Below are positions 40,501-51,882 of a stretch of 64,000 nt of DNA, one piece after another. Under the pieces are notes generated by a model. That model was not told the origin of the DNA and made no database searches. It saw only the letters and a program-made list of their open reading frames with translations. The DNA is from Pseudomonadota bacterium (GTDB taxonomy: Bacteria; Myxococcota_A; UBA9042; GCA-2863065). Each line of letters begins with the position of its first letter. Position 1 is the stretch's first letter. Position numbers and translations under genes: made by a program. The stretch is taken from positions 7,425-71,424 of the forward strand of contig SXOO01000280.1 in assembly GCA_005776725.1 (NCBI GenBank). The letters run 5' to 3'.

Positions 40501-42760
40501 CACGGCGGACAGCTTCGAGCCCGATCTCGACCCGAGCACCGTGACGCACCCCACGCGCGTCGACACCGACGACGACGGCCTCGCCGACGGCTCCAACGCG
40601 CAGGGCGGGGAGGACATGAACCATAACGGGCGAGTGGACGCGAGCGAGTCGGATCCGAACGACCCGAACGACGGGCTCCGCGACCAGGACGGCGACGGGC
40701 TCATCGATCGCGACGAGCTCACCCTCTGGGACACGAAGGTGGACGATCCGGACTCGGACGACGACCAGCTCGACGACAAGCTCGAGGTCAGCGTGTACGA
40801 GACCAACCCGAACGACCCCGACTCCGACAAGGGGGGCATCGCCGATGGCGCCGAAGTCACGGCCGGTACGGATCCCACCAAGAAGGACGACGACTTCTCG
40901 GCCTCCAAGGTCGTAGGCGACAACGTGTTCGGCTGCGACGCAGGCGGCCCAGGCGCCCTCGGAGGCGCCGGCGGCGTCCTCGCGGCGCTCCTCGCCCTGC
41001 TCTTCGCCCTCGGGCGCCGGAGCTCGCGACCGCTCGTGGGGGGCCTGCTCTTGGCTGGGGCCCTTCTCCCCGGCGAGGCGGGCGCGCAGCGCGTCGGGAA
41101 CGTCAACGTCGAGCAGTACCAGCCCGCGGGCGGGCGCTTCCGCGTGTTCAGTGTGGAGCAGGCGCCTGTCGGGCCGGCTTGGCAGCCCTACGCGCACGTC
41201 CTGTTCCACGGCGAGCGGGAGAGCTTCCAGGTGGCCGACGCCGCCGGGATCCGCACCGAAGTCCTTGTCGACACGACCACCTTCATGGACCTGAACCTGG
41301 GCGTGGGCCTCGCCGGCATCCTGCAAGTAGACCTGGGCCTTCCGGTCGCGCTCGAGATGAGCACCGCTCCCGACGTGACCGCTGTGGAGCCGGTGGGACG
41401 CACAGACGGCGCGGGGCTCGGTGACCTGGTCCTGCGACTCAAGGGCACGGCCATCGACAGCACGGGAGGCGGATATGGGCTCGGCTTCACCCTCGGCGCG
41501 TCCTTCCCCACGGGCGATCCCGATCGCTTCCGCGGCGACGAGGGCGTGGTGGTCCTCCTCAATACGATCAATGAGTTCCGTTCCACCTGGGCGGTGCTCT
41601 CGCTCAACCTGGGCGGCCGGTTCCGCACGGCGCCAGTCGAGTTCCTCGGGCGCGACTACGGCAACGAGCTCTCATACGGTCTCGGCCTGGACGTGGCGGC
41701 CTGGATCGGCCACGTCAACCTGGGCCTCGAGCTCTTCGGGCGCACCCCGCTCACGGCGCCATTCGACGGTGTGGAGAACACCGGACTCGAGGCGCTGCTC
41801 GGCGTGAAGTGGTGGATCGTCTCGGGCCTGTCGCTCGAGATCGCAGGCTCCATGGGCCTTGTGCAAGGCGTGGGCACGCCCGACTTCCGGTTCGTCACGG
41901 GGCTCGCCTGGGCTCCTCGCGAGGCCGACACCGACGGTGACCTCATCGACGACGTGGACGACGCGTGCCCGCTCGAGGCCGAGGACAAGGACGGCTACGC
42001 CGACCTCGACGGCTGCCCAGAGGCGGACAACGACGGCGACGGCGTGGCCGACGCGAACGACAAGTGTCCCTACCAGCCGGAGGACAGGAACGGCAGCCTG
42101 GACGACGACGGCTGCCCGGACGGAGACGACGACGGAGACGGCAAGCTCAACATCGTGGACCGCTGCCCGAAAGGTGCCGAGGATCCGGACAACTTCCAAG
42201 ACGGCGACGGCTGCCCGGATCCAGACAACGACGGAGACGGGATAGACGACGTGAAGGACAAGTGCGCCTTGGTCGCCGGCGGGGCCACGGACACGAACCA
42301 CGATGGCTGTCCCGACGCGATCGAGCTCGAGATCGCCACTCAGACCCCCGAGGAGGCCGCTGATCCCTGTCAGTTCGAGATCGCCGAGCGGGTCCCCTTC
42401 GACCGGCTGTCCACGACGCTCGACTCCGAGGCCCGGGCGGTGGTTCGTTCAATGGGCGATCGCCTCCTCGCGCGCCTCACGGACAGCAAGTTGCCGCCGA
42501 TCGAAGAGGTGAGTGTCAACGGGCATACACGGGCCGAGGGCGCCGACGCGGAGACGCTCGCGCTCTCGCGGCGACGCGCCCAGTCGGTGCGGGACGCGCT
42601 GGTGGAGCGCGGCTCGGTTCCGAGGTCCATCACACCGGCGCGCGGCTACGGCGAGACCGAGCCGCTCTCTGAAGAAGCGTCGTCTCGGCGCGTGGAGATC
42701 AAGGTGAGGATCGGCGGCCGCTGTGCGGATGTCGGGGCGAAGACGGAGGGCGGCCGATGA
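34544..42760 (+). CDS. giant (2738 aa) acidic Ca-binding surface/OmpA-anchor fusion protein: SP, MopE-like motifs, lamin-tail domain, about 40 TSP3-like repeats, internal MYXO-CTERM-like + internal SP-like segment, barrel-like domain, TSP3 repeats, OmpA C-terminal domain
   Basis: ATGA overlap with 33627-34547. N-terminus [32 protein letters not shown] ([25 protein letters not shown]). TSP3-like repeats of the form DTDGDxxCDxxDxDDDGDGW plus CGTDP. OmpA motif [24 protein letters not shown]...SRRVEIKV. Confidence 0.8.
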   Translation: MTRVLFTSLLLAAPFARAAEDCANGIDDDAAGGADCADPACAADPFCSPCNVDLTFDTGQGPVTVPTAVFTWAQATGDGLIASGGLAGLTPSAVSDVFTVPVAVPAAGEAPSPRVEVVFSLKSKASAEDTHQDTFTVCVGVPCTKDTPNPLYRTSRDTTPGLAPFGVPSPPSFNDGVFDHVFLDLTAHAGSTVTLAFAIDAPAGGSAGRKGLRVSRLIVGSDVDVDGAFEGVAGSCDRCWDADKDTYVDAAGPATAAECTAPDLDCDDTNAAVNPAAAEQCGVVGDDDCDGVADALDSDCGVEDCANGADDNGDGQVDCADVTCGSDAACAPCGTVLNLNRGGAAFVAADDNPDANAATRLFTHGPNPSLPTEIGWWTARTGTVSTHSGVKPVHATLTRSFDVSSGSLSPSLRVSYRLRGEAAAGKDVFGVCFNTPATECRADAPASALAFSTHVDTAATGTTNIDVPLPANSAGKTVSVTLFYDTVDGANNANAGLFIDAVNVASDADADGASEDSVTQGCDRCVDQDLDTFGREGIPGVYVSECASNKRDCADTIATAFPGATELCDGTIDHDCDGKADADDSDCTTCGDGVASASEECDDGAKISGDGCSASCELEANALVLSELHFTKLSPTAFGEQFVELQSRTLAKIHLGGLAAGLRRSTGQELRFADCAAASLVLAGNGRVVVSLGTAGTSDGLNAAIRCDEDFQLDPTGDVVTLLSGADTLDTADARPFACELSEAAAAGRGRSLERLNPASNPNDAASWCLASTATSYATSGKHHGSPGSAGACAERACDGVDDDCDGATDELLPDTDADGTCNDRDCAPLVPSCALDCATDVDGDSTPDCRDGCIDSDGDGWGVAGGLPSSTCKTLAGVAKSDCEDDLAFANPAASEGPSAASCLDGVDDDCDGTPDCTDPSCAGTAACSGEACGLPLTLTCGQVRVIEPEGNDFPCGPGADAVLRFVAPRTELVRLDVKSGGSQQYAGRIFDVACSNQACAPGIADAESSCQEPGTATFSAVAAKAYTIVVDQLASCSASGAAPVEIKLTCAEHCTGGVDDDGDLLADCADSDCVSQAVCAGQDFDGDGIANGLELTCGASPTSPFQSPSPADVQNPDNDSQLSCVDADDDNDAASDVVEAAQCAAGASVDASVYPGAPRQCGNAGVDANCNGIVDSAEAECGAVESQCADAKDNDSDGAKDCADPDCIPSLACAALDFDGDLIANTIELACGTNPLDKNLKPTATGAADGDGDTVPSCADADDDGDGWDDVVEFSCASNPVNASSTPVDTDGDTQCDAVDPDDDADGFADLIEVQCGSSPTLATETPIDAVRDLDLDGVCNARDVDLDGDDWTNGVEEACGTDVADANDNPEAAGLDGDDDGLCDALDGDDDGDTWSDEKEELCQSDPLSPDSVPADVDGDSICDAYDVDADDDGWPDTLEVLCGTNPLLAAKNPSAEGQDEDADKLCDSLDADDDGDGWSDEAEAVCESDPRDPNALPADLDDDHVCDLRDDDDDGDEAMDASELICGTDPADATSKPIDTDGDGVCDPVDTDADEDLDGWSNGDELACGTDPKVPADKPLDTDADKVCDVLDDDDDNDGWSDLSELLCGTSATNGAVEPVDTDGDATCDAIDTDDDGDGASDADEALCLTDPKDPTVLPFEPDLADTDGDQIADCVDPDDDEDGIPDVVELGDTKLADTDTDGLDDGTEDANKNGVVDTGETDPTKGDTDGDGLIDGEEVASCYGEACTKTSPTSRDSDSDGLSDAEEDADSDGSVGEGETDPTVLDTDGDTSSDGVEVGCATDPLDATSFPVDKDQSGTCDGAEADSDGDGIADGVETRCKTLPGSAASVPPLTELDDKDGDGELDCYDTDDDDDGAIDAAEAQCGTSTKDAGAVPSPADLEDTDDDGQLDCADDDDDADGLDTNTEKIWGTDALDGDTDDDGLSDGAEVTIHGTDPTKLDTDGDGVADGVELGVTEPVFGTADSFEPDLDPSTVTHPTRVDTDDDGLADGSNAQGGEDMNHNGRVDASESDPNDPNDGLRDQDGDGLIDRDELTLWDTKVDDPDSDDDQLDDKLEVSVYETNPNDPDSDKGGIADGAEVTAGTDPTKKDDDFSASKVVGDNVFGCDAGGPGALGGAGGVLAALLALLFALGRRSSRPLVGGLLLAGALLPGEAGAQRVGNVNVEQYQPAGGRFRVFSVEQAPVGPAWQPYAHVLFHGERESFQVADAAGIRTEVLVDTTTFMDLNLGVGLAGILQVDLGLPVALEMSTAPDVTAVEPVGRTDGAGLGDLVLRLKGTAIDSTGGGYGLGFTLGASFPTGDPDRFRGDEGVVVLLNTINEFRSTWAVLSLNLGGRFRTAPVEFLGRDYGNELSYGLGLDVAAWIGHVNLGLELFGRTPLTAPFDGVENTGLEALLGVKWWIVSGLSLEIAGSMGLVQGVGTPDFRFVTGLAWAPREADTDGDLIDDVDDACPLEAEDKDGYADLDGCPEADNDGDGVADANDKCPYQPEDRNGSLDDDGCPDGDDDGDGKLNIVDRCPKGAEDPDNFQDGDGCPDPDNDGDGIDDVKDKCALVAGGATDTNHDGCPDAIELEIATQTPEEAADPCQFEIAERVPFDRLSTTLDSEARAVVRSMGDRLLARLTDSKLPPIEEVSVNGHTRAEGADAETLALSRRRAQSVRDALVERGSVPRSITPARGYGETEPLSEEASSRRVEIKVRIGGRCADVGAKTEGGR

Positions 42761-45700
42761 AGTCCCACCACCTGCTACTCGCGCTCCTCGCGCTGGCCCC
42801 CCGCGCCTACGCGGCCGAAGACTGCGCCAACGGGATCGAGGACGACACCGGCGGCGCCGACTGCGCCGATCCCGCTTGCGCGGCTGACCCGTTCTGCACC
42901 GACCTCTGCGGCACGTCGCTCACCTTCGCCACCGGCCGGCACACGGCTGAGCTGCTCACGGGCTTCGTGCACGCCAGCGGCGGCCTCGAGGCCCAAGGCA
43001 CCGGCGCCCTCAAGGTGGACCTGGTGGTGCCGCTCGAGCGCCCCGAGGCCAGACTCGAGCTGGTCCTCCGCAAGGAGGGCGCCGATCCGCTCCACGTCTG
43101 CCTCGACCTCGCGTGCACGCAGCCCCTGCTCACGGTGAACGGCGCCTCGGGGTCCATCACCCACACAGCCGGCGGGTTCTACGACGGCACCTTCGATCAC
43201 GTCTTCGTGGACCTCACGAGCAAGCGCGGGTCCACGCTGGCGGTCTTTGTGGTGGTGCCAACGGTCGCCACGGGGAATCCGCTCACGCGGCTCGAGGCGC
43301 TGCGGCTCTCGTCCGACGTGGACCGCGACGGCTTCTTCGACGGCGCCGCGGCGAGCTGCGACCGCTGTTGGGACGTAGACAACGACGGCGCCGCGCGCGC
43401 CGATAGCCCTGGCCTCTGCGGCGTTGCGGACTGCGACGACACGACCAGCGCCCGAGCTCCGGGCCTGACCGAGCTCTGCAGCGGGGGGATCGACGAGGAC
43501 TGTGACCTCCTGGTCGACGGTCTAGACGTCGGGAGCTGCGGTATCGAAGACTGCGCCAACGGGGCGGACGACAACGGCGACGGCAGCATCGACTGCGCTG
43601 ACCAGACGTGCGCCAGCGACCCCGCCTGCAGCCCGTGCCTGCCGAAGCTCACGTTCGCAACGGGGACCAACGGCGCCGTCGCCAGCGACAACGATCCCGA
43701 CGGTAATACGCAGACCCAGGTCTTCCGCCAGGGCGCCAGCGCGGCTCACGCGGGGGCGATCGGCTTCTCGACCGCGCTCACGGGCACGGTCTCTAGCCAC
43801 GGCGGCGGCCGGATCACTGCGGCGATCGCGCGCACCTTCCCTGTGCCATCCGGCCTCCCGGCACCGACCCTGCGCCTGCGGTATGCGCTCGATGGGGACG
43901 CGCAGGCGGGCAAGGACGTCGTCCTCGTGTGCTTCGACGTCAAAGCCTCGAACTGCACCACGTCCGTCACCGGCGCCGCTACGTGGACCTCTGACGTGAA
44001 CACCGGAGTGGGGATCGTGACCGTGGAGGTGCCCCTCCCCACGTCGGCCATCGGCGCGGTGAACGTGGTCGTGGCCTACGACACGGTCGACGGCGGCGGA
44101 AACGGCAACCGCGGGCTCTTCGTCGATGAGCTCAGCGTCGGGAGCGACCTCGACGGCGATGGGCTCGGCGAGGACCCGGCCATCGTGGGATGTGACCTCT
44201 GCGTCGACGCCGACGACGACGGCTACGCGCCCGCCTCGGTCGCCGCGGTCTTCGCCAGCGGATGCACCTCGGTCGCCGCCGACTGCGACGACGACTCGGT
44301 CGTCGCTAATCCCGGCGCCACGGAGCTCTGCGATCTGGTCGGCGATCAGGACTGCGACGGGCTGGCAGACGCCGAGGAGCCGAGCTGCTCCTCTTGCGGC
44401 AACGGCGCCGTCACCGCTGGCGAGACCTGCGACGACGGCGGGATTGCCCCCGGCGACGGCTGCTCGGCCACCTGCCGCCTCGAGACCGGCGCCCTGGTGG
44501 TGACGGAGCTGCACCTCACGCGGTTCGACCCCACGGCCCTCGGCGAGCAGTGGCTCGAGCTCTACAACGCCACGTCGGCCCCCATCGACCTCGCGGCATC
44601 CGGGATCACCCTCGGGCTGGACGTCTCTGTGCCGCTGCGCGACTGCACCGTGCTCACCACCTCTGTCGTGGCGCCCGGCGGCCGGCACGTGGTGGCCCTG
44701 GGGCCGCAGAACACCCTCGACGGCCTCGACGCGGATCTCGCGTGCGGCTCCGGCACGCTGGGCGGCCTCGTCGCGGTCTCGGCCGAGAACGACTCGCTCG
44801 ACACCGTTGACCTCGCGGCCCTCGGCTGCGAGCTGGCGGGCGCCACGAAGCCCGGCGTTGGGCGCTCGCTCATCACCGCGGCCACGGTCCACACGGGCAA
44901 CGACGCGGCCTCGGCGTGGTGCCTGGCGTCCACCGCCAGCTCGTACGCGAACTCCGGCCGTCACCACGGCTCACCCGGGTCCGGCGGGGGATGCGGCGAG
45001 GTGGTCTGCGACGGCATCGACGACGACTGCGACGGAACGATAGACCAGGGCTTCCCTGACGCGGACACCGACGGGACCTGCGACGCGCGGGACTGCGCGC
45101 CCCTGGTGAAGAGCTGCACCAATGATTGTACGACCGACGTGGACCTCGACAGCACCCCGGACTGCCGGGACGGCTGCATCGACGGCGACGGCGACGGTTG
45201 GGGCACGCCCGGCGGCCTCTTGCCCGCGACGTGCAAGACCCAGGGCGGGACGCCGCGCACGGACTGCGACGACACGCTCACCATCGTGAGCCCAGAGGCC
45301 ACCGAGGGCGGCGCGTCCTGCACCAACGGCCTGGACGACGACTGCGACGGCAAGGCGGACTGCTCGGACAGCGCGTGCGGCCTCACCGCGGCGTGCGCGG
45401 GCGAGAGCTGCGCCGCGCCCACCCCTCTCGCGTGCGGCGCCACGGTGGTGGTGGAGCCCGAGTCCAACGACGCCACCTGCAGCCCGGGCGTGGACTCGGT
45501 CTTCGTCTTCAACAGCACCTTCGACGGGAACGTGATCCTCGAGGTCCAGAACCTCGGGCGCCTCCAGTACAACGCGTTCCTCCACAAGACGAGCTGCAAC
45601 GCGGCGTGCCCGGCCGGGATCGCGCCCATCGGGAGCACCTGCGCGGCGGCCGGGAGCGGCACGGTCCCCGTCACGCCGGGCACCCCACTGTTCATCACGC

Positions 45701-48700
45701 TCGACAACGTGTCGGCCTGCGCGGGTAGCGGCTCGGGCGCGGCGCGCCTCACGCTGCGGTGCTCGGAGGCCTGCTCCGGCGGCGTGGACGACGACGCGGA
45801 CGGCAAGACCGACTGCGCGGACGACGACTGCGTCGCCTCGGTCAGCTGCGCGAACGTGGACTTCGACGGCGACGGGCGGGCGAACGGCGTCGAGCTCATC
45901 TGCGGGCGGGATCCCGTGAACCCGGGCTCCGTACCGTCGGCCGACGACGTGGCAGAGGCCGACACCGACACGCTCCTCAACTGCGTGGACAACGACGACG
46001 ACAACGACGGCCACTCCGACAGCACCGAGGCCTCCCAGTGCCAGCTGAGCGCGGGCGCCAAGAACGACTCGGACGTCTATCCCGGCGCGCCGCTGCAGTG
46101 CGCCATCGCCGCGGTCGACGCCGACTGCGACGGCTTCTTCGACAGCGAGTCGGCCGAGTGCGGCTTCATCGAGCAGCAATGCGGCGACAACCTCGACAAC
46201 GACGGCGACCAGAAGGCGGACTGCCAGGACCTCGACTGCGTTCTCCTGCCCATCTGCGGCCTAGCCGACTTCGACTCGGACGGCGCCTCGAACCGCACCG
46301 AGCAGCAGTGCAACACGAAGCCGACTCAGGCCTCCTCCGTGCCGAGCGACGCCGCGGCGTCGGATCAGGACAACGACACCCTCGCTGCCTGCATCGACAC
46401 CGATGACGACGGGGACCAATCCGACGACACCGAAGAGCTGCTGTGCGGCTCGGATCCGGCCGACGCGACGTCGACGCCCCCGGACCTGGACAACGACGGG
46501 CAGTGCGACGCGTTCGACGACGATGACGACGCCGACGGCTTCCCGGATCTCGTTGAGGTGGACTGCGGCAGCGACCCGGAAGACGCTGGGAGCCGCCCGG
46601 ATCAGCCGGCCTACGATCTGGACGACGACGACATCTGCGACGCGCGCGACGCCGACCGAGACGGCGACGACTGGACGGACGCGGAGGAGAACACCTGCGG
46701 GACCAGCCTCGCCAATGCCTCCGAGAGCCCGAGCAGCGCGGGCCTCGACGTGGACGACGATCACCTCTGCGACGCGGTGGACGAGGACGACGACGGTGAT
46801 GACTGGTCAGACGCCGAAGAGCTGCTCTGCGAGACCAACCGGCAGGACGCGGCAGACTCCCCGGCCGACACCGATGACGACGGCATCTGCGACCTCATCG
46901 ACTCGGACCCCGACGGCGATCTCTGGCCGGACGTCCTCGAGACCCAGTGCGGCACGTCTGCGTTGATCCCCGCCGACAACCCGACGGCCCTCGGCGCCGA
47001 CGTGGATGGAGACATCCTCTGCGACAAGCTCGACTCGGACGACGACGGCGACGGGTGGAGCGACGTCCTCGAGGTCCAGTGCGGGACCTCGCCGGCGCTC
47101 AAGGCGTCGGCGCCCACGGACACGGACGGCGACAAGACCTGCGATCCGAGCGATGACGACGACGACGGCGACGTGTCGCTGGACGCCACCGAGGCGCTGT
47201 GCGGCACGGACCCTCTGTCGGCCGAGTCCACCCCTGTCGACACGGACAACGACGGCCTCTGCGACGCGCGCGACCCGGACGCGGACCCCGATGGCGACGG
47301 CTGGTCCAGCTACAAGGAAGAGGCGTGTGGCACCAAGCCCCACGATGACAGCTCCACCCCCACGGACGCGGATGCGGACGGCGTGTGTGACGCGCTCACC
47401 GTGGACGACGACGGCGATGGCTGGCCCGACGCGGTGGAGGTGAGCTGCGGCACGGCGCCCGAGCTCGCGTCGAGCACGCCGGTCGACACCGACAAGGACG
47501 GCCAGTGTAACGGGGTCGATACCGACGACGACGCGGACGCCGCCCCGGACACCGCCGAGCTCACCTGCGGGACCGATCCGCTGGACGCGAAGAACCACCC
47601 CACCACGCTGGACCTCGTCGACGCGGACGGCGACGACGCGCCCGGCTGCGTGGACGAAGACGACGACAACGACGGGCTCCCCGATGTGGCCGAGGCCCTC
47701 CAGGGCTCCAACCCGCTGGTCACCGACAGCGACGGCGACGGCCTCACGGATGGCGAAGAAGACAGCGACCTCGACGGGACGCGCGACCCGAACGAGACCT
47801 CGCCGGTGCTCCCAGACACCGACGGCGACGGGCTATCGGACCGGGTCGAGACCCTGAGCTGCTATCTCGGCGACGGCGCGGCCACCGCATGCCAGGAGTC
47901 GAGCCCCACGAAGCCGGACTCCGACGAAGACGGTGTCCCCGATGGCCTCGAGGACAAGAACGGCGACGGGAAGACCGACGACTCCGAGACGAACCCCCTG
48001 AAGCTCGACACCGACGCGGACGGCCACAGCGATGGGTACGAGCTCGGCTGCGCGACCGATCCGCTCGCAGCGGAGAGCGTCCCGGTCGACAAAGACGCCT
48101 CGGACGTGTGTGACGGCGCCGAGGTCGACAGCGACGCGGACGGGATCGCCGATGGCGTCGAGCTGCTCTGCGGGACGAAGCCGCTGGACAAGAAGTCGGT
48201 GCCAGAGCTCGGCACGCTGGTCGACACCGATGGTGACGGCGACCTCGACTGCAGCGACGAAGACGACGACGACGACGGCACCCCCGATGTCTTCGAGCTG
48301 GCGTGCGGCACGGGCCCGCTCGACGCCGCCGCCAAGCCCCCCGAGGGCGCCACCGCCGACACCGACGGCGACGGCACGCTCGACTGCGCCGACTCGGACG
48401 ACGACGGCGACGGCCTGTCGGACACGGGCGAGCAGACGCTGGGGACCGACGCGCTCGACGCCGACAGCGACGACGACGGCCTCCTCGACGGCTACGAAGC
48501 AGGCATCACCGGGACCTCGCCGAACGCGGCGGACAGCGACGGCGACGGCGTGCAAGACGGCACCGAGCTGGGCGTGACCGAGTCCGGGCCGTTCACCGGG
48601 CCGAGCTTCCAGGTGGACGCCGATCCCGCCACCACCACCGACCCGCGCTCCGACGACACGGACAACGACGGCCTTACCGATGGCCTCGAGGACGCGAACG

Positions 48701-50823
48701 CGAACGGCAAGGTCGACGCGGGTGAGTCCGATCCGAACGTGGCCGCAGACGGGAAGAAGGACACCGACGGCGACGGCCTGGCGGACGTCGTTGAAGAGTC
48801 GCTGTGCGAAGAGGGCGTTTGCCTCGATCCCACGAACCCCGACACCGATGGAGACGGCGTGAACGACAAGCTCGAGAAGGACGTCCACGGGACCTCGCCG
48901 TTCGCGGCCGACACCGACGGCGGCGGCGTGAACGACGGGTTCGAGCTCTCGAACGGCACCGATCCGAAGGACGCCGTCGACGACTTCAGCAAGGCCACCG
49001 TCACCGGAAACAACGTCTTCCGCTGCGATGGCGGCCCGGGCTCCCCCGGGGGCGCGGGCGTGTTCCTGCTGGTGCTCCTCGGGCTCCTGGTGAGCCGTCA
49101 CGCGCGGCGCGGCGCCCTGCTCGCTCTGGTGGGCCTGCTCGGGCTCGCCTCGAGCCTGCCTGGGACCGCGAACGCGCAGACCGCCGGCAATATGAACATC
49201 GAGAACTTCTACCCGGCGGGCGGTCGCTACCGTGTCTTCTCGGTGGAGCAGTCCGTGGTGACCCCGGCGTGGCAGCCGTTCGGCCACCTGCGCTTCCATG
49301 GGGAGCTCGACACGCTCCGCGTGCAGACCGGCAGTGCCGAGCAGGTCCTGGTGGAGATGCAGACGGTGGCTGACCTCGGCATCGGGCTCGGGCTCGGCGA
49401 CTGGGCGCAGCTCGAGGTGGCCCTGCCGTTCATCGCGTCGGTGTCGTCCGGCGATGACGTGAGCGCCATCGCGCCGATCGAGGGCGCCGGGCTCGGGGAC
49501 CTGGTCGTGCGAGTCCGCGGCACCTTCCTCCCGAACCGGGTGGGCGGCGTCGGTGTGGGCATGTCGGTTGGGGCGACGATCCCCACCGGCGACGGCACGC
49601 GCTTCCGCGGTGATCCGGGGGTCGGGGTCCTCGCCAACTTCCTGCTCGACCACCGGAGCGAGCGCGTGGACGTGGCCCTCAACGTGGGCGTTCGTATCCG
49701 CACCGAGGAGGCCGAGTTCCTGGGCCGGACCTTCGGCAACGAGCTCACGTACGGCGTGGGAGTGGACGTCAGCCTCCTGCGGCGGCGCATCGACATGGGC
49801 GTGGAGCTGTTCGGGCGCACCCCGCTCGAGGAGCCGTTCGGGGACGCGGACCACACCACGCTCGAGCTGCTGGGCGGCCCGAAGTGGTGGATGTGGCAGG
49901 GCCTTGGCCTCGAAGCGCACGTCGGCGCCGGGCTCGTCCAAGGCTACGGCGCACCGAGCTTCCGCTTCGGTCTCGGGCTCTCCTGGGCCCCCGCCCACGA
50001 GGACGCGGACGGCGACGGTGTGAGCGACGACACCGACGCCTGTCAGTTCACGGCCGAGGACAAAGACGGCTGGGCTGACGACGACGGCTGCCCAGATCTG
50101 GACGACGACAACGACAACTTCGCGGACAAGGACGACCGCTGCCCGCGCGAGCCCGAGGACCGCAACGGCATCGACGACGGCGACGGCTGCCCGGACGGCG
50201 ACGTCGACGGCGACCGTATCGCCGACGCGATCGACCTGTGCCCGTACGACCGCGAGGACGTGGATCTGTTCGAGGACCGCGATGGCTGCCCCGAGCTCGA
50301 CAACGACCATGACGGGATCCTCGACACCGCGGACGCCTGCACCGAACAGGCCGAGACCATCAACGGCTTCAAGGACCGAGACGGCTGCCCGGACGAAGCG
50401 CCTCCCATCGTGAAGCGGAACGTGGTGCAGTGCCGCCTCCAGCTCGCCCGGATCGGCTTCGATCAGGCGAAGGACGTGCTGCGGCCAGACTCCCAGGCCA
50501 AGCTGAACCGCGTGGCCGAGGCGATCGCGAGCTACGTGTCGAACGGCGACCCCCCGCTGCTGCACGTCTACGTGTCGGGCCACGCCTCGGAAGAGGGTAC
50601 GGACGTGAACAACTACGACCTCTCGCTGCGGCGCGCACTGCAGGTGTACGACTTCCTCCTCGACCGGGGGATCTCGGCGTCGCTCCTGGCGCGACGGGGC
50701 TTCGGCGAGGCGAAGCCGCTCCTCGACGAAGAGGGTGACCCCGCGCTCCGCGACAATCGCCGCGTCGAGTTCGACGTGGAGCTCGGCGGGCCCTGCGCCG
50801 GCGCGGCCGTCTCCACCGACTGA
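42757..50823 (+). CDS. giant (2688 aa) paralog with the same architecture
   Basis: ATGA overlap. Colinear with 34544-42760. OmpA motif [24 protein letters not shown]...NRRVEFDVE. Confidence 0.8.
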   Translation: MKSHHLLLALLALAPRAYAAEDCANGIEDDTGGADCADPACAADPFCTDLCGTSLTFATGRHTAELLTGFVHASGGLEAQGTGALKVDLVVPLERPEARLELVLRKEGADPLHVCLDLACTQPLLTVNGASGSITHTAGGFYDGTFDHVFVDLTSKRGSTLAVFVVVPTVATGNPLTRLEALRLSSDVDRDGFFDGAAASCDRCWDVDNDGAARADSPGLCGVADCDDTTSARAPGLTELCSGGIDEDCDLLVDGLDVGSCGIEDCANGADDNGDGSIDCADQTCASDPACSPCLPKLTFATGTNGAVASDNDPDGNTQTQVFRQGASAAHAGAIGFSTALTGTVSSHGGGRITAAIARTFPVPSGLPAPTLRLRYALDGDAQAGKDVVLVCFDVKASNCTTSVTGAATWTSDVNTGVGIVTVEVPLPTSAIGAVNVVVAYDTVDGGGNGNRGLFVDELSVGSDLDGDGLGEDPAIVGCDLCVDADDDGYAPASVAAVFASGCTSVAADCDDDSVVANPGATELCDLVGDQDCDGLADAEEPSCSSCGNGAVTAGETCDDGGIAPGDGCSATCRLETGALVVTELHLTRFDPTALGEQWLELYNATSAPIDLAASGITLGLDVSVPLRDCTVLTTSVVAPGGRHVVALGPQNTLDGLDADLACGSGTLGGLVAVSAENDSLDTVDLAALGCELAGATKPGVGRSLITAATVHTGNDAASAWCLASTASSYANSGRHHGSPGSGGGCGEVVCDGIDDDCDGTIDQGFPDADTDGTCDARDCAPLVKSCTNDCTTDVDLDSTPDCRDGCIDGDGDGWGTPGGLLPATCKTQGGTPRTDCDDTLTIVSPEATEGGASCTNGLDDDCDGKADCSDSACGLTAACAGESCAAPTPLACGATVVVEPESNDATCSPGVDSVFVFNSTFDGNVILEVQNLGRLQYNAFLHKTSCNAACPAGIAPIGSTCAAAGSGTVPVTPGTPLFITLDNVSACAGSGSGAARLTLRCSEACSGGVDDDADGKTDCADDDCVASVSCANVDFDGDGRANGVELICGRDPVNPGSVPSADDVAEADTDTLLNCVDNDDDNDGHSDSTEASQCQLSAGAKNDSDVYPGAPLQCAIAAVDADCDGFFDSESAECGFIEQQCGDNLDNDGDQKADCQDLDCVLLPICGLADFDSDGASNRTEQQCNTKPTQASSVPSDAAASDQDNDTLAACIDTDDDGDQSDDTEELLCGSDPADATSTPPDLDNDGQCDAFDDDDDADGFPDLVEVDCGSDPEDAGSRPDQPAYDLDDDDICDARDADRDGDDWTDAEENTCGTSLANASESPSSAGLDVDDDHLCDAVDEDDDGDDWSDAEELLCETNRQDAADSPADTDDDGICDLIDSDPDGDLWPDVLETQCGTSALIPADNPTALGADVDGDILCDKLDSDDDGDGWSDVLEVQCGTSPALKASAPTDTDGDKTCDPSDDDDDGDVSLDATEALCGTDPLSAESTPVDTDNDGLCDARDPDADPDGDGWSSYKEEACGTKPHDDSSTPTDADADGVCDALTVDDDGDGWPDAVEVSCGTAPELASSTPVDTDKDGQCNGVDTDDDADAAPDTAELTCGTDPLDAKNHPTTLDLVDADGDDAPGCVDEDDDNDGLPDVAEALQGSNPLVTDSDGDGLTDGEEDSDLDGTRDPNETSPVLPDTDGDGLSDRVETLSCYLGDGAATACQESSPTKPDSDEDGVPDGLEDKNGDGKTDDSETNPLKLDTDADGHSDGYELGCATDPLAAESVPVDKDASDVCDGAEVDSDADGIADGVELLCGTKPLDKKSVPELGTLVDTDGDGDLDCSDEDDDDDGTPDVFELACGTGPLDAAAKPPEGATADTDGDGTLDCADSDDDGDGLSDTGEQTLGTDALDADSDDDGLLDGYEAGITGTSPNAADSDGDGVQDGTELGVTESGPFTGPSFQVDADPATTTDPRSDDTDNDGLTDGLEDANANGKVDAGESDPNVAADGKKDTDGDGLADVVEESLCEEGVCLDPTNPDTDGDGVNDKLEKDVHGTSPFAADTDGGGVNDGFELSNGTDPKDAVDDFSKATVTGNNVFRCDGGPGSPGGAGVFLLVLLGLLVSRHARRGALLALVGLLGLASSLPGTANAQTAGNMNIENFYPAGGRYRVFSVEQSVVTPAWQPFGHLRFHGELDTLRVQTGSAEQVLVEMQTVADLGIGLGLGDWAQLEVALPFIASVSSGDDVSAIAPIEGAGLGDLVVRVRGTFLPNRVGGVGVGMSVGATIPTGDGTRFRGDPGVGVLANFLLDHRSERVDVALNVGVRIRTEEAEFLGRTFGNELTYGVGVDVSLLRRRIDMGVELFGRTPLEEPFGDADHTTLELLGGPKWWMWQGLGLEAHVGAGLVQGYGAPSFRFGLGLSWAPAHEDADGDGVSDDTDACQFTAEDKDGWADDDGCPDLDDDNDNFADKDDRCPREPEDRNGIDDGDGCPDGDVDGDRIADAIDLCPYDREDVDLFEDRDGCPELDNDHDGILDTADACTEQAETINGFKDRDGCPDEAPPIVKRNVVQCRLQLARIGFDQAKDVLRPDSQAKLNRVAEAIASYVSNGDPPLLHVYVSGHASEEGTDVNNYDLSLRRALQVYDFLLDRGISASLLARRGFGEAKPLLDEEGDPALRDNRRVEFDVELGGPCAGAAVSTD

Positions 50824-50858
50824 GCGAAGGGCTCCTCCGCGCCCGCGCAGTCCGCGCA

Positions 50859-50877
50859 CTTCGGGTCGGCCCCGAAG
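50859..50877 (+). terminator. 7-bp perfect hairpin (cttcggg-tcggc-cccgaag) 35 nt after the giant operon stop
   Basis: Direct reading. There is no U-tract, which may be usual in a high-GC genome. Confidence 0.3.
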
Positions 50878-51000
50878 AGGCGCACCGCTTGGTGGGCACC
50901 CGCGCGATCACCGCCCCGCTCCGAGGCAACCAAGCGGTCTCTATCCTGTGAGGCGGCCGGCCTGGGACTCGCCGCCCACCGTGCCTGAAAGGCACTCGTC

Positions 51001-51882
51001 ATGCGCGTGCTCACGATCGACTTCGAGTGCTGGCCCCAGATGGTGTACGGCGAGCTGACGGGCCAGGACCGGGCGGTCGGGCGCGACGGGCTGGAGCGGG
51101 CCACCGATACGCTCCTCGCGCTCACCGAGCGCCACGGCGTGCGAGCCACGGTGTTCGTGCTCGGGGTCACGGCGCGGGCGTTTCCGGACTTGGTCCGGAG
51201 AATCCACGCAGCAGGCCACGAGCTCGGCGCCCACGGTGAGACCCACGAGCGCCTGGACCGTCTCACGCCGGCGCGCCGCCAGGCGTCGATGCGCGCTGTG
51301 AAGGCGCGTCTCGAGGACCTCGTGGGCGCCCCGGTCCGCGGCTTCAGGGCGCCTTACTTCTCGATCGTGCGGAGCAACCTCGACGCGCTCGAGGAGCTGG
51401 CGGACGCCGGTTTCGCCTACGACAGCTCAATCGTACCCATCGTGCATCGACGCTACGGCGTTCCCGGCTGGCCTCGCGGTCCCGAGCGCGTCGCCGGCGG
51501 GAGGCTCGTGGAGCTTCCGCTGGCCACGGTCGCAGTGGGCGCAGGGAACCTCCCCGTCGCGGGCGGGGGGTACTGGCGCGCCTTGCCCGACTCGTGGGTG
51601 GTGCGGGGCCTCGAGGCTGCGAATGACCAGCCTGCCGTGGTCTATCTGCACCCGTATCAGCTGGACCCGCAGCCGCCCGAGGCGGTCCCGGGGCCGCTCG
51701 GTCCGCTGAACCGCCTCCGGGCCGGTGCGTTCCGCCTGGCTCAGCGACTCGGGCGGTCGGGGAACCCTGCCCTGCTCGACCGGGTCCTGCAGACCGGGCA
51801 GTGGACCACAGCCGGGGAGCTCGTGGACGCGTTCTTGACGGCCGCTCCCCCATCCGCCACACCCGGTGCGCAATGGAGATGA
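51001..51882 (+). CDS. polysaccharide deacetylase family protein (NodB-like, DUF3473-type as found in exosortase/EPS loci)
   Basis: MRVLTIDFECW...HGVRATVFVLG...GHELGAHGETHE...GFRAPYFSI. Confidence 0.75.
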   Translation: MRVLTIDFECWPQMVYGELTGQDRAVGRDGLERATDTLLALTERHGVRATVFVLGVTARAFPDLVRRIHAAGHELGAHGETHERLDRLTPARRQASMRAVKARLEDLVGAPVRGFRAPYFSIVRSNLDALEELADAGFAYDSSIVPIVHRRYGVPGWPRGPERVAGGRLVELPLATVAVGAGNLPVAGGGYWRALPDSWVVRGLEAANDQPAVVYLHPYQLDPQPPEAVPGPLGPLNRLRAGAFRLAQRLGRSGNPALLDRVLQTGQWTTAGELVDAFLTAAPPSATPGAQWR

